Positions 12,101 to 26,214 are shown, counted from the first letter of the stretch. The stretch is DNA of 64,000 bases from Schizochytrium sp. TIO01 (GCA_004764695.1 SMSO01000031.1:9344761-9408760), one strand, 5' to 3'. Notes: generated from the letters alone by a model not told the origin. Made by a program: numbers and translations.

Positions 12101-12810
12101 GTTCTAATGATTTTTGCTCTGGAAATCAAATGCTCTTTTGTCCAACGGTAGATCTTCATTTAACTCTTAAAGCAAAGTTCCGGCTTCAAAATAAGCAGGA
12201 TGATTCTCCGCTTCATATTTTTGTCTGTCGCGCATGCTTAATATGCGGATCTCACTTAGGGGCTGCTAAAAGGTTGATATCCACAACCTAGTTATGAATA
12301 TTGTCATGGTGCTCAAGGAAGCAAATTAGTGGTCCCCTTTCTAACTGTCCTACTCCTCATTTCCTTGATATTTTCTGCTGATTGTAAGTGTGTATCCCTT
12401 CACGTTAGTAGATACTAGTACCTAGCCCGTTATTTGCCATTCTTTTTTCTGAACTGCCAAGGTTTAGTATGGTTACTTGCCATTCGAGACCGAAAGAGCC
12501 GTCACGAGACAGGAAAATAAGGTCGAGTTAAGCCACGGAGCTAAAAGCAGATTGGTGTGAGCAGGAATGAATATATGTCAGTATTGCCCTCTGCATAAAA
12601 GGTTATTTCAGGCTGCGTCTTAATGGGTAGCGATGAGGTTTGGAAGGCAATTTGTATTCGAAAGTGGGCTCGTGGTCACTTTTACGCGCGCTCTTCATTC
12701 ATGCAAAGTCCAACTTGCAATCAATCAAGCCTCAATCCTGATTTACGCAATCGAGCATCACACGTCGCGCGGATCTCTCAGTTGCATAATAGTACTTCAT
12801 TCTAACGAGT

Positions 12811-13141
12811 TTCTGTTTGGCTGTACCCAGATTGTAACTTGAAGTGCTTCAGAAAAAGAGTAAAATAAATAAAATGAAATAAGATTCTTGGTATTTTGCT
12901 ATGCAAAAATCTCCGTAACGAGGATGCTCGTTTGCAAGGCATTCTGGAAAACAAAAGTTGATCATCAATGTTATTTTTCTGTTTGGCTGTACCCAGATTG
13001 AAACTTGAAGTAATTCAGAAAAAGAGTAAACTAAATAAAATAAAATAAGATTCTTGGTATTTTGCTATGCAAAAATCTCCGTAACGAGGATGCTCGTTTG
13101 CAAGGTATTCTGGAAAACAAAAGTTGATCATCATTGTTATT
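12811..13141. repeat. Tandem direct duplication, 2 x ~166 bp, near-identical
   Basis: TTCTGTTTGGCTGTACCCAGATTG...AAAAGTTGATCATCAwTGTTATT starts at 12811 and again at 12977, with only a handful of differences. Confidence 0.95.
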
Positions 13142-15053
13142 CTACGGAAGAGGGAACGCTTTTTGTTTAGAAGGAAGACGGAGACATAGAGGGTTCGAAT
13201 GTCTGATTGACCTGAAGTCTGAAGAGGTCAGCTTAAGTGACTTAACGAAGTATAGTCGATCTTTTCTCTAGCTAGTTTGGCAGAAAAATATCAAACTCAG
13301 TTTCCCCAGTACAACGTGAAGGCGTTGCTGAGGTTTAGCAAGTTGCAAATCGTTATATTGGCACCATTCGTATCACTTCTTTTTAAAGATCAGGAGCGAC
13401 ATCAGCTAATGATCCCGGGGAAAGAGAACTTGGAATACCAAAGAGTGTCCGTAAGAAACGACAGGAGGAAAGTCGCAGTAGTTAGCATTGGAAATCCTTG
13501 CCGCCATTTTTACGTAAATTGAAGTAATACATGTCCTCCCTTTAATTTTTTTTAATTATTAAGACATACGAGATTCACTAATGCTTCGGAAGTCTGAAAC
13601 GAACTAAACATGATAAACTCTGGGGCCAGTGCACACAGCTCTTCAAGATCTGGATCACCAATCAATCGGGCTACCTTCTACTACTACCTACCACCGGAGT
13701 ACTTCTCTATATAGAAGTAGGTAGGTACCTTCGCCTGCAATCGTGGGAAAGTGCACACCCTAACTCAAAGTGTATAGCAACGACACGCAGATACTATTAC
13801 TAAAGCTGCATGTCAAAGGTGGTTATTGAGGCTAAAGTAAAGAAAGATGGCGAGAATGTAAAATACCTCAGAAAGGATACCTGTAGGTTGCTCCCAATTT
13901 CGAAAGATTTCTACCGTCGCGGGTGCACACTTGCACCTTCAACTGAGAACTAAATAATATGATGGTGCACGATAAGTTTTGCGCCGAGTCCGTAAACCAC
14001 ATGTTTTCAAGGCTAACCAAAGTCACACTCACAAGTGGTGTCCCGTGCGGAGATTTCATGCACTTCACTTTCAATAGTCAAAGTTAATAATCTTATACCT
14101 TTTAGCTTGGGCAAAAGTTCAAGCTAAAATATTGAATGCAGTGTTGGGTGTGTGTGGTCTTCCTATGATAGGTAGGTAGATCCTTCTCGTGCTCATTGTA
14201 GCAAGGTCTTTGTTCTTAATATTGAACTCGAGTAGTACCTAAGTATCGCTTTAAAATATGAAAAGAAGTTGGAAACACTACAGTAAAATTTATTCGCAAG
14301 TATGCTTTGAAATCATCATGCAAATAGTCACGAGAGATGTCAGTAAACATTGCAAATAATTCTAAGAACCAAATAATTTAACTTAAAGTTTTACCCAAAA
14401 AGGGGTTTTAGGGATAGTCTCTGCGCGACTGCTGCTGGCCCGAGCAAAACTGACGGGACAGAAAAGTTTTCTTTCAATTTTTTTTGAAGCAACATTAATT
14501 CATTCATATTCAAATTGACGAAGCTTCATACCCGTGTCGAAGCAAGTTAAATTAACGAGAATTTATCGTGTCTGAAAGTTGAAAATTTGCTTCTGCTTCT
14601 TCAATAATATATATATATATATACTTGAGATAAACAGCTAATATTGAGAGGAACATCTTTATTAGCTTTGACGTTTCGATGGTATGCTACGACACAACTG
14701 TAAGGTAGACCTCAGTCAGTTCGAGACTTTTGAAAGGTAAGACTTCATCATTCTATGGGCCAAGCTCTGCTTCAACGAGTTTATATGGGATATGGAGCCT
14801 CAAAACTGACAAAATCGTTTTGTCGAAGACCCCAAATGCTGTTTGTATATGTTGAACTTTTAAACACAGCCCGAATGCGAGCATAGCTTGAAACTGCGCC
14901 TTGCCCAGATCTATCTACTCAACTTTCCTTAGTGGTTACTAGTTACTGGAAATTATTAATACGACTAGTAGTCTTATCATATTTGCAAGTTCAATAAACT
15001 TGCATTCCTTCAACCAGACCTTAGATTCTCCTCTGAAGTCTATTTATCAAACG

Positions 15054-15440
15054 ATGCTGCGTTTGGCCCTAGCGGACTTTCGCCGCGTGAGTCCCCGCGG
15101 GCCACTCCCATCTTCCTCCTTTGGCCTTCACCGCCGCCTTTTGAGCGATGCCGCGAAACGACAGGAGGCAGGCAGCTCACAGGCCAGTGTTTCTTCTGCT
15201 TCTGCGCAGAATTATTCCCCTCCAAGACCTGCTCCTGTGCCCACGGAGACCCTACTGTTTCGTATCACAAACCCAGAGTTGCTTGCAGACCCGAACAAAT
15301 GGAGCTCATGGTTTTTAGTCATCGCAGTCTGGGTTGGGTTTGGAGGCTATTTCATATACTTGCGCAGAGACGAGATCAAGGAGGACGAGGAGATGGATAC
15401 AGCCATGATTGGACCCCGGAAACGTAATGGAAATTACTGA
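15054..15440 (+). CDS. Small single-pass membrane protein, SMIM8-like, with a probable mitochondrial presequence
   Basis: First ATG at 15054 (the ORF-track start at 15000 is TTG). N-terminus MLRLALADFRRVSPR is Arg/Ser-rich and nearly acid-free. Motif TLLFRITNPELLADPNK resembles the SMIM8 LFRAVNPELF..PNK motif and is followed by a TM segment. Confidence 0.7.
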   Translation: MLRLALADFRRVSPRGPLPSSSFGLHRRLLSDAAKRQEAGSSQASVSSASAQNYSPPRPAPVPTETLLFRITNPELLADPNKWSSWFLVIAVWVGFGGYFIYLRRDEIKEDEEMDTAMIGPRKRNGNY

Positions 15441-17038
15441 AGATTTTTTTTGTAAACTTAGAGGTAACATGCCCAGATTCAACCCAACGCGAATTGCTTC
15501 TAATTGTCTTATGAGCAAAATTGTGCTGCAGCAATTCATGTGTACGCGCCTCCTCCGCAGTATGCCGTTATTAGTCACCCTCCTACCTCTTAAGTGAAGA
15601 GATCACTCAACACAATATCATACACGGTAAATCTTTGTGAGGTTAGGTATTTCCCACGAATTTTAACTCATATGTAGGAAGGGCGAATGACACATACAGA
15701 AAAGATGCAATCTTGAAAATGGGTCACCGAGGTTTGGCCTCTAGTTTACTATCCTTTTGGTCAAACTCAGTCTTCTTCTAGATTGAGCATAGAGAATTTT
15801 GCAAGCTCCCTCGCAATGTAATAACTATAAGCTTAGACTACTCGTCTTCAGAGACAACCACCCAATTGTCGAGATTACCAGCAGAGCAAAGTGATTCACA
15901 TCGCTATAAACAATGCCACCTGCACGAGCCTGAAGCAATTAGCACAAAGATGATCTGTCTGGTCTACAATAGTTCTGGTGTTTGTAAAAGAAAAAACTTG
16001 AAAACTTTTAGCCAAAATGCAGTACACAGTTTGCTCAATTTTCGAAAAGGCACGCAATGAAAGGATTTAATAAAGCCCTTGAAACATGATGTGTTTCCAT
16101 CTTCATGATATATTTTCTTATCACTATATCAGGGGGGAGGAGGGATAAAAGACTCCATCGAAAACTGACTTCAGATTGTGCACACGGACACCGAATACTT
16201 GGTCGCACACCTTTTCGGAACATCATGAAATATCACATACAAGTCTCGCTTCTTGTATAGATTAAAACAATCGATTTTAAAGCTTCTATACCCCCAACTA
16301 ACATGGTTTTAGCTGGATTAGTTAGCATTCTGCAGCAAATTTGAACACAACTTGTACTGTCCTTGAGACACTTTATATGTTAATATTTGTCTAAGAAATC
16401 GGTCAAATAACTCAGATCCTGTACTGAATTATTCGGCTCGATTGAGTTGTACATACGATATTATTAGCAATTCAAGGTTACTTGGAGAAGCACCGAGATA
16501 GGTAGGTGTCTTGCGATGTTTCTTTTTTGATTTAATTTCCTAAATTGATCCAACTACCAAAGAAAATTACGATATCTCCTACCTCAAATTTGTTGCCAAC
16601 AATACCCCGGACAATCTTAGATCTTGTCTCAAAGGTTTGGCTCAGAATGATGCTTCCCGAGTTGAACGTTTTTGCTGTAATCTAATCACTAATGGCTTTT
16701 GGGGGGGGATTTTTCAAACAGAAACCTAACCTTTGGTGTTGAGAGAAATAGTTGATCTTACATCAAGAGCATAAGCAAGCTTCAGGTCCTAAACAATAAG
16801 CTTTACACGGAAAGGACAAGAAGGCAAAAGTTGCCATATACATCGAACAATTATACGAAATTCTACATACTACTAAAACTACTCCGGTGACAGGATAAGG
16901 AACAAATTTACTCTTGGTTACAGATACGATCAAAATATTCCACTATGGGCTAGTCTTTCCTAATATATGCGTAAACAGTAATCATAATTTCTGACAGTGT
17001 ACAGGGAGCATGCAACAGGGGCCTTATGAAGCCATGAT

Positions 17039-19426
17039 TTACAAATCGTATACGGAAGTTCCATTCGCAGCAAGGAAGAGCTGATGGAGCTCAATCATAC
17101 AAACTGGCTCGATAATATTGAACTCAGTACTGCCCATCGAGAGATTAATAAAAGACATGCCCATGAGAGGGAATCCCAAGAAAGGATTCACGAAGGTTGC
17201 CATAGGAACTCCTAAACTGAGACCAATGATTCCATCCTTTGCACCAACAACTGCCATTTTCATAAGCATGTCTTTTTTATCAGCGTATGCAAATTCTTTG
17301 TCACCAACCTTTGCCCGAAGAGCGAATACCTCGAGAAGAAGAATAACAAACTTGCCAAAGCCGGGTTTAACACGCTCAATGTTAAGCACAATTTGAGGAA
17401 TCTGGAAACTTTCCTTAAGCTCACGAAGCTCTTGCTCTTCCTTGGCCAACTCAGCAAGGCGTTCCATATCCTCTTCGTCAGTTCTTCTGCTGCTACTCGT
17501 ATTGTTACGGCGCAGCATAGACTTCAGGTTACTGTGTCTCGAGCGCCTGGATCGTGCTGAATGCGATGAACGTGTAGATGGTGACGCCGAAGCAGCCCTG
17601 CTAGGGCTATCTGAAAACGCGATTGATGTCTTTGCTGTCAGGCGCGATGGCGAGGGAGAACTTTCACATTCAATATTTTCAAGAACCAAATTTCCATCTT
17701 CGACATCTGACACGCTATGAATTTCGCTATGCAGCACGGGGTGCAGTGGTGATGGTTTTTGAGGTTGGCCTGCATCAGAAGATACATTCTCTTCTTGTTC
17801 CCCGGAACGCAAGTCTTCAAGCTCCTTTTTCTGCAACTGCTGCTGACGTGCGTTACGGTTGGACATAGTCCTGCGAAGCATACTTTTGAAAGTGCTGGTG
17901 TCCCTGGCAGAACGGTGAGGGCTGCTAACGGGTGACCCGGTACTGGGCTTGGAAGCTATGCATGTTGATGCAGTAGAGTCATCCTCGCTAAATCCAAAGT
18001 GGGCAAGACGGGTTTCGGGGGCATCTGAGTGGTCACGCTCTCGTGATGAATGAGATGATGTCTCGTCACCAGAGCAAGGGACATCAGCTCCCTCAGTGGC
18101 AACTTGTTGTCCACGCACAGTTTTTCGGAACATGTTCTTGAAGCCAACTGGCGACGAAGGGAACCTTCCAGGGCTGCTAGGAAAGCGCATGGACAATTTG
18201 GGCAACAGGGGATCATCTCTCGTATCCTCGCCACTGGTGGTTGTGCTCATATGCGACGAATCAAGATCATCCATCGGTTCGATAGCATCTTCCTCGGTGA
18301 TGTTTTCGTCACCAAAGACAATTTTACGGAGCTCTGGCTCGAGCTGCTCGTAAACAAGCCCACGAATCACTTTGACAGCGTGCGCTCCCAACCGTGCTTC
18401 AAGATTGCGTTGAAGTTTGCGATAGAACTTTCGCTCAGCTTTGATGAGCACAGGGGAATGACCTGAAAGGAATTCTGCATTTGCGGCCTTCTTGGCTGCA
18501 CGATCAGATACACCGGTGGTGAGTCGAGTAGGCAAACGCCAATCGCCACTTGCAATCACCATCTTGGCAGAGAAATTGAGAGCTGTAGCAACCTTAAGCA
18601 ATGTATGAATCCACGTAGATTGACTCAGCACACGAGCTGCACGAAGTGCGGTGTTCGTACGCGCACGGATGCCAAAAATGCGTTTGAAGAGAATATCGTA
18701 AGCGTCTGTTTCATCGTTGAAAGTGGGTCCTTTGCGGCGAATAAGAAGCATCTCCATGATAGCTTCGCGGTCCTGACGGTTCATAGTTTTCAATAAGCGG
18801 AAAGCAGGTCCATAGTTTTGCTTTTGCGCATTGAGCGCCAATTCATTTGACAGTTCCATAGTGATTGATTCAAAGGTGGGGGCAGGCTTGCCAGCCTTCG
18901 ATGAGGTCGTGGAGGTGACTGAGCCCTCAGATTCTCTGCGCGATTTTAAGGACTTCTTTGCCACTGAGCCTTCTGACTCTTTGTGCGATTTCAAAGATTT
19001 CTTCGACATTTTGCGAATGAGACGTTGGCCCAGAGACCGTGCAGACCTCGCTGATGATGTACTCCTTGCATCGTCAAGTGCTGCAGGATCGTTATCGTCT
19101 TCATCCTCATCGTCATCGTCATCATCGGTGAAACGGTCAATTCCGGAATCTAATGCATCGAGATCAGCCTGAAGGATATCAGGCTGAATATCATCTTGTG
19201 CATCATCTGAGTCACGTTCTCTACTTTGTCGGCGACCACGTCTAGTTCGAGTTGTCTTTGAGGGTGAGACATCTCCGTGTGAATCATGGAGAAGATCTTC
19301 TAAGCTCTTGCGTCCGAAATTAGCCTCTTCTTCTTCCATTTCATCATCACTACATCCCTTTTGCTGCTTTTTGCGGGCAGCCGCAACAAGGTCTTTGCCA
19401 ATGCTTGCAAAGTCGAAGAGCGCCAT
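17039..19426 (-). CDS. 795-aa hypothetical protein: acidic/Ser-rich disordered regions, a helical block (~aa 185-370) and a hydrophobic C-terminal block
   Basis: Long ATG-initiated ORF with protein-like composition. No family recognised. Confidence 0.82.
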   Translation of the reverse strand: MALFDFASIGKDLVAAARKKQQKGCSDDEMEEEEANFGRKSLEDLLHDSHGDVSPSKTTRTRRGRRQSRERDSDDAQDDIQPDILQADLDALDSGIDRFTDDDDDDEDEDDNDPAALDDARSTSSARSARSLGQRLIRKMSKKSLKSHKESEGSVAKKSLKSRRESEGSVTSTTSSKAGKPAPTFESITMELSNELALNAQKQNYGPAFRLLKTMNRQDREAIMEMLLIRRKGPTFNDETDAYDILFKRIFGIRARTNTALRAARVLSQSTWIHTLLKVATALNFSAKMVIASGDWRLPTRLTTGVSDRAAKKAANAEFLSGHSPVLIKAERKFYRKLQRNLEARLGAHAVKVIRGLVYEQLEPELRKIVFGDENITEEDAIEPMDDLDSSHMSTTTSGEDTRDDPLLPKLSMRFPSSPGRFPSSPVGFKNMFRKTVRGQQVATEGADVPCSGDETSSHSSRERDHSDAPETRLAHFGFSEDDSTASTCIASKPSTGSPVSSPHRSARDTSTFKSMLRRTMSNRNARQQQLQKKELEDLRSGEQEENVSSDAGQPQKPSPLHPVLHSEIHSVSDVEDGNLVLENIECESSPSPSRLTAKTSIAFSDSPSRAASASPSTRSSHSARSRRSRHSNLKSMLRRNNTSSSRRTDEEDMERLAELAKEEQELRELKESFQIPQIVLNIERVKPGFGKFVILLLEVFALRAKVGDKEFAYADKKDMLMKMAVVGAKDGIIGLSLGVPMATFVNPFLGFPLMGMSFINLSMGSTEFNIIEPVCMIELHQLFLAANGTSVYDL

Positions 19427-22400
19427 TGTCTTTTGCTAAAGTTGGAGCTAAGACTGCCAGCAGTGAGAAAATGTTTCTCTCTCCAAACTGCTACAATTGT
19501 TCAATAGATTGCACAACTGCTTACTCGCTTCGATTTCCTTCGGCTCTGACTCCACAAAAGTATATAGGGAACGCCAACGCCACCTTGGATGCCAGAAGAG
19601 ACAACCAAAAAGGAAGAACTACTACTAAGTCTACACCAGGAGTCAAAGCAAGGCTCTTCTCCCCTAAGAATTAGAGAAACGAGGCAGGAGACGTGCAATG
19701 CAGCTCCGAAGTTCGCTGCGTTTCGGTCTTTTGATTGTGCCCTCTTTTCTGTATGTTCTAGTTCTGGTTCTGAGGCAGAGCGAGAATGTCCGGAATGCCT
19801 GTGCGAAGAAAGCACAACGAACAGCTCTCGACTTTAGCGGCTTCTTTGCTCCTGGCTTTACCTCCTCGAGCTTGCGGAAAGAGAGTCCGCAAAGACGAGT
19901 CGATTGCTTGTTTGCTTGCCTGCTAGCTGCTAGCTTGCTTGCTTGCTTGTTGGGTTGATTGATTGATTAATTGATTGATTGCATGGCTGCAGAGCGCGGA
20001 AGAAGGAATGACCAACAAGAAGAGAGAAAAGAATTATTAAAAGAGGTTTTTGAAGAAGCAATTGCGATGATGATCATCACAATCACAACGAAACAACCAA
20101 AATTACAATTTTACTATTTTCTACAAACAAATAGAAATTCAATTTAAAATATTATTGTTCTGTTTACGTTTGTTAAAAGCCAACTCGGATAGCAAGTGGT
20201 TAGGAGCTACTACATGGCACCTTCCTAGAGTTCCGGTCGGAGAAAAAGAAAGGGTAAGTCCTATTTAAATTTACCTTAACCAGGTCCTACTAACTATTCA
20301 AAGACCTGGGCCTTTCTTTCCTTTTCGAAAGTTCTGTTTCAAGTTGTTTCCCCAAAAAGAAATGCCCAACTTCCTTTCCCTTTATACTTTTCCTTTTCTC
20401 CCTCTCGATTCATGAGGAGCGCCTAGCCAGTGCTATGTGACACCTACGCGAACACTGGATTCTCCTTCTCCTGATTCTGCTTCGCTGGCTATAGGTGAAG
20501 AAAAGAGGAGGATCTGCGTACAAACTAACTCTCTGAGAAGGTCGCTTTTGCTTGCTTTTCCCCGCTTTTTCATAATTTCCAAAGAAAAAACTAAACAACA
20601 ATCCAAAGCAAACCGAACGAGGGGAAAGGAATCCCAGATATCTCCAGCTAGATACGTAGGCTTTTGCGCATTGACAACTTCAATTGTAGGTTGGTTGCCT
20701 TTGGTAGAGAATAAAACAATCACTTGCGTTTTATTTGCAAACCTCGTGCTGTTGAATGGAAAAGAACGCAAAGGCCTCGGAAGTGGGAAGGAACACTCAT
20801 AGTATTTCGCTATCATACATGGAGAGGATCACAAAGTTCTGTAGAGAAACACAAAAAGAAAGAATTGCGAAGAGTAAAATAAATATTGATTAGAAATATA
20901 CATATATATTTATACATAAAGAAAAAAGAGAGAGAGAAAAAGAAGTACCTATCATGAAAAAGAAGAAGAAGAAGAATCTAAGACGGCTCGCGATGATGGC
21001 ACAGATACAGCAAACAAAGAACTGCCGTTAGTGCTATTTGCTGCCTCGAGACCCTCTTTCTTCACATAAACAAACAAAGATTCTCATTCATTACTTGGCC
21101 ACTCCTCACAAAGTAAAATATTATATCGCCTTCTCCTTTGAATCCTGCATTCCCATTCTTTCTCTCTTCCAATGCTTTGAGCCGTCTTTTCATTGAATGA
21201 GATGCCTACCACTTTCAAGCAACAACAGACAGCAGAATCGCATTCTCATTATACTTTCATTCATTATTCAGGAGCCATCCCCTCCATCAAACTGTGCCTT
21301 CACTCGAGTAAGAACTCAGCAAAGCACATATAAATAGGTAATACATGCAGAACCGCAATCTTGAGTTGAGAAACAGAGTTTTCGAGTCCAAACGGGATCA
21401 CCACAGACGCAGACTTTCTGACTGACTGACTGAGTCGATTCGTTTAATCCGAGCATAGCAAGCGAGCAGCAGCAGCAGCAACAACAACAACAACAGTTCA
21501 TTTCATTTCATTTCATTGATTTCATTGATTTCATTGATTCCATTTGATCAGAATGAGTTCGAGACAGAAGAAGTCTATCAAAGAGCGGGAAGGGAGAGTG
21601 CTACAGAAACGCATAGAAGGGTATAGCATCCAAAGAGACAGGGAGGAACACTAGCTCAGTTCAGCGACTCTTCAGGGCCTAAGGGGCAGTTAGTACCATC
21701 CTAGTTGTTGACTAGGAAGTGTTCTTTATGGCATTTATTTCTCCTTTTTCTGCAGCACCAACGATAGTACTTAGGCAGTAATTTATGAGGGAAATTTTGG
21801 AAAAAAAAATAATAAAAAAAACTCTTTCTTTTTCTTTTCTTTTATAATTAAAATATGGGCTCAGATATATGTGTATTTTTTATATTGCTTTTTTTGGGGG
21901 GGGGGGGATAAATAAAAACAGGGTGGTGGAACACCTTAAAATAAGAACACTTGTATCTAAGCTTTGTGCGAAGAAGCAGCGCGGAGAAAGCACCATCAAG
22001 GCTGAGTTCTCGTGAGCAGAATCTTTTGCATAATGATTGGTTTAGATTTCTATAGCCAAGGCAACCATGGACCATGTTGAGCGTGCTCGCAGATCTCTCA
22101 TTGCATCTATCATAGACCCGATTTCACTCGCAAGAAACCTGACGGAAAGTCTCAAGAGTTAAGAATTGATGAGAGAACTTGCAAGCTTCGGAAAGAGAAC
22201 AGGAACTCTTTTCAGACTGTCATTTTAAAAGTTAAACGTTAAAATTTTAAAAATGCACATCATGATTTTCACTCTTTTACTTTATATAAATAGTATTTTA
22301 ATTTTGAATGGCAAAATATATGTTTGGGGGGGAATGAAACATATTCTTTATTGCATATATCATTTTAGGCCGTCTGGAAAAGGGACTCTTCTTGAATAAT

Positions 22401-23217
22401 AATCATGTTAGCCTCGGACCTAAGTGATCATATTTCCCCCAATCAATGCAACCAAAAGAAGCTTCTACGAGCTTCGTCATGATCTTTCAAATTCACAGCT
22501 TTCGAACACCTGCCCCTCAAAGTCCGACGAAAGGACTGATGTTCTGCTTTTCAATAGTTTGTTTTAAGTGTTTTCTTCAAGGGTTTTAGTCTTTTCTATG
22601 ATCTTTCTTACGGGGATCAATAAACTTTGACCATCAGTCTATTACGATCGCGATGCCGCTCAGGCATACATACTCTCAGTCAACGGGACGGCACCTTGAA
22701 GAAGGCGAACTTGAAATATCGACCTTTGCCTCTCATGATGCCCTCTCTGCGAGATAAGCTCTCGAGAGCTTTTCCGTACTCAAAGCCTTCCATTGAGTCA
22801 GTTGGCGATCAATCAACCTTTCTTTGCCAAATCCTAATTATTTGATTTTTTTAATGACTTTTTTCAATTTGGAGGGGAAAAGAAATAAAAAACACTCGAA
22901 GGCGATGAATGAATGTCCTGTCCTGTTCTAAGTGAGCCTAGGTAGTGAGTGAGCGGGTAGATGAGCACTGGGAGAGCCACCTGGCCGGAACTTCTTTCGT
23001 GGAGAAAGCGAAGAAGTCCTCCGTTAGGTCGGTCACTCATTCGCTGCCAACAAACTCGCTGAATAAAGCATCGGCACGAGGAGGCCGAGTGACTTCCAAT
23101 CCCTGCCTCCCACTGGGTTTTAGGTACCTGACTATTCTCAATTGCTTGCTTGGCCCAACTTCATTGCTTGTCACTCTGCAAGTCCTCGCCCCTTCGAGAC
23201 CTCTATCAAGACTTCTA

Positions 23218-23360
23218 TCAGTCAATCAGTCAATCAGTCAATCATTTATCAATCATATGCAATCATTTATCAATCATGTGCAATCACATTCATTCATATA
23301 CAATCACATTCATCAATCAGTCAATACATCAATCAATCAATCAATACATCAATCAATCAG
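23218..23360. repeat. Imperfect (TCAA/TCAG/TCAT)n low-complexity tract
   Basis: Degenerate tetranucleotide repeat read directly. Confidence 0.8.
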
Positions 23361-24020
23361 TTTTGGTGCTCCTCTACAGAAAGGATTGATCGATCCATCA
23401 AAGGCAGACAGCCAGTCCCTTGAAAGCCTGAATAAAGGCCGAATCACGAGTTCACTGTAAGCATCGAAGACTGGTTGGTCTCAAGAACCGCGGAGCAGCC
23501 AACAGAACTCGTGGCTGGTCTCTTGGTCAGCTTAAGCTCTTCGAGTTTGAGCGCTCGCTGCTCAGAGACACAGCGCCGCCAGAGCTGCCGTTGGTTGACT
23601 GGAAACCTCCGCTCAAGCAATCAGCTTTCCAAGGTCTCCAGCCCTGATCGATTCGCCGTCTTCGCCATGTTCTCGCCAAGTCCTCAAACACCTCCTCCTC
23701 CTCCTCCTCCCCGTACGCCTACCTACCAGCTAGCTAGTCGTCAGACTAACCGGCGCTGATCTTTTATCCATTTGTTTCTCCGCCTTTGGAGCGCCTTTCT
23801 TTGTGAGGATATGATGCAACAAATCAGAGAAACTCACGAATATATCTGCGGTTCAGAGCTATGGTCGCCTTGGGCCATTGGATCTCTCTCTCTCTCTCTC
23901 TCTTTGCAACTCTGCGTAGGAACTGACGAGTTGGCAAATGAAGACGAGCGATTTCAGGAACGGGGAAAGGGACTGCGCGCAATCTGTGGGCACGGGCGGC
24001 GGTTTGGATGGAAGGCCCAG

Positions 24021-24095
24021 CCCAAAGCAGAAATGCCCAAAGCAGAAATGCCCAAAGCAGAAATGCCCAAAGCAGAAATGCCCAAAGCAGAAATG
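24021..24095. repeat. Minisatellite, 5 x CCCAAAGCAGAAATG (15 bp)
   Basis: Five perfect head-to-tail units. Confidence 0.97.
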
Positions 24096-26060
24096 CGAAA
24101 GTTGACGCAGCGCGGCAATCTTTCAAGAGCAACCTACTTCTGCTGAGCTGAGTACAGACAGCTAGCTACCTCATCAGGAAACTATCGACCGCCTCGAGTA
24201 GATTCCCTGGAGGCGATCGTCGATGAGCGGAGCAGTATTCAATTCAAGATGTAGCAGCTGTGCCTCAAAGGCAAAAGCACCACTGTATCAAACCACGAAG
24301 AAGCATGCATGTGAAAGTGCCCAAAATGTCCCAAGTTTCGTGTTTTTTCGAGAGGGATCTCGACTTGAGTGTGAGATGTTGTAGACCTTCAGGTCTGTGA
24401 TTCTGCTTAAAGGTCGCAGGATGAACGCATGTGCATTTCTGTTCAATAATATTCGCTCATTCACTCATACATGCCTGCTGTATTGCCTCGTTTTCTAAAT
24501 GAATGCTTCGTATGATTTTCAAAGTATTCAGCACATAGTTCACGTACCCAAAGACCCAGAACCGCAGCACGCATAGGTATGCCTGCTCTGGGAGCCATTG
24601 TAATTCTAAAAATGTGCCTTGCACTTGAAGCACAAGATACACGTTTCTCTGCTGAAGAACCTATGCACATGGCGTTCGTAAAAAGTGACAGACGAGTCTC
24701 AAGACGTGGAAGTGGGCGTCGGAGTAGGTAGTCAAGTAGCAATCTATCGCCAAACACGATGGTAACCTCGATTTGTCTGCTCCAAATTCTGGCGTATTCC
24801 TCACTCTGCGAGTGAGTGCCTCTCTTCAACAGCAAGTTCTTTCGCCTTTTCAATCCTGTCTCTAAACCGCTTCTCTTTGCGCAAGAGGACCCTGAGCAGG
24901 TGTCCCCCCACCGCGATGGTCCATTTCTGGTGACGATGAGAGCGGTAAGTGTGGCTAGCTAGGTACTAGCTATAGTCAGTAGGTAGGTAGAACCTGGAAC
25001 CCAGTTGGATGATCGATGGTTTTCTCCTCGTTTGGGTTGGGGAGCGTGCAGGCCTTTCTATTGCTGCGTGCGTGATAGCCTTCTTGCCGTGTTGTTGTCG
25101 TTGATGGCGATCTTCTTCTTCTTCCTCCTCCTCCTCTTGAAGGTTGCGTTTGCGACTCTACGATGAGAATGAATCCATCTTGAGGAGTCCGGTTTGCGCA
25201 CGCTCGCAGCCGTTTCATTCAAGTTGTACCGTTCAAGGTGCAAATTTCCCCTTTGAAGCAGCCACAATCAATCAGTCAGTCAGACAGTCAGTCAGTCAGT
25301 CAACTAATCCATAATCAGCCGACCAATCAATCAATACATCAATACATCAATACATCAGTCAGTCAGTCAGTCAGTCAATTTATCAATCGGGCGGTCCTTT
25401 GATGGGCTCAGACTAAGTCGAGGCTGCAGAAGCACAGTCTCGCTGCTCTGGTGTATAAGTTGTTTTGCAGCCTACTACCTTTTTTTAAAAATTAATTCTA
25501 TATTTATGATAAAATATAAATTAGTTATTAGTTAATTTATTTGTTCATGATGCCTAGTAGGAGAGAGGCTCAGCTCCACTTGCTGGCTTCACAGCACACC
25601 TACCTACCTTTAGTAGGAGGAGTAGAAGTAGGAGTAGGTGTCTAGAGGAAGAGTGGAACACCTTAACTTTCATTCAGAACACTCGATGTATTTCTTGATT
25701 TTTAATAAGATTCTTAATAAAACTTCGAAAGGACCCGCCGATTCTCCTTCAAGTTCTTTCTCTCGCATCTAATTAAATTAAACTGGCTTGGTTTGTTTTG
25801 ATTAGAAGCCTAAGCCGAGCAAAAGCACTATGACTGTAAGAGCAGGCAGGTGCCCGCCTACTACGCAGACAGCAGCTCTGACAAAGCGGGAGCTGACAAG
25901 GACGCAGAAGCGCTCTCTCTCTTTCTCGCTGTAGGAACCGACTGCTACCTCTTTGCCTAGCTGGATGGCTAGCCGGCACAGCACCTAGCAGCATCTCTGC
26001 ATAGCACTCACTATGCACCTCGTAGCCCCCGTTTCTCCCTCAATTCTTCGAGTTGGAGTC

Positions 26061-26063
<3 letters not shown>

Positions 26064-26101
<38 letters not shown>
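26064..26101. repeat. (AG)n microsatellite
   Basis: Read directly. Confidence 0.97.
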
Positions 26102-26105
<4 letters not shown>

Positions 26106-26214
26106 CAAACAAAGGACTCGAAAGAACTCGAACTACTTTGGAGCTTGAGGGAGGAGCGACCTTGTGCACGTGCTCAGCAGTGCTCAGCGGTTAGTTGGTT
26201 GCTTGTTCGCTTAG

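Noticed and set aside
23772-24146. ORF with PKAEM x5 (and antisense AFLLW x5)
   Set aside because: Explained by a perfect 15-bp minisatellite with no synonymous variation. The flanking translation is not protein-like.
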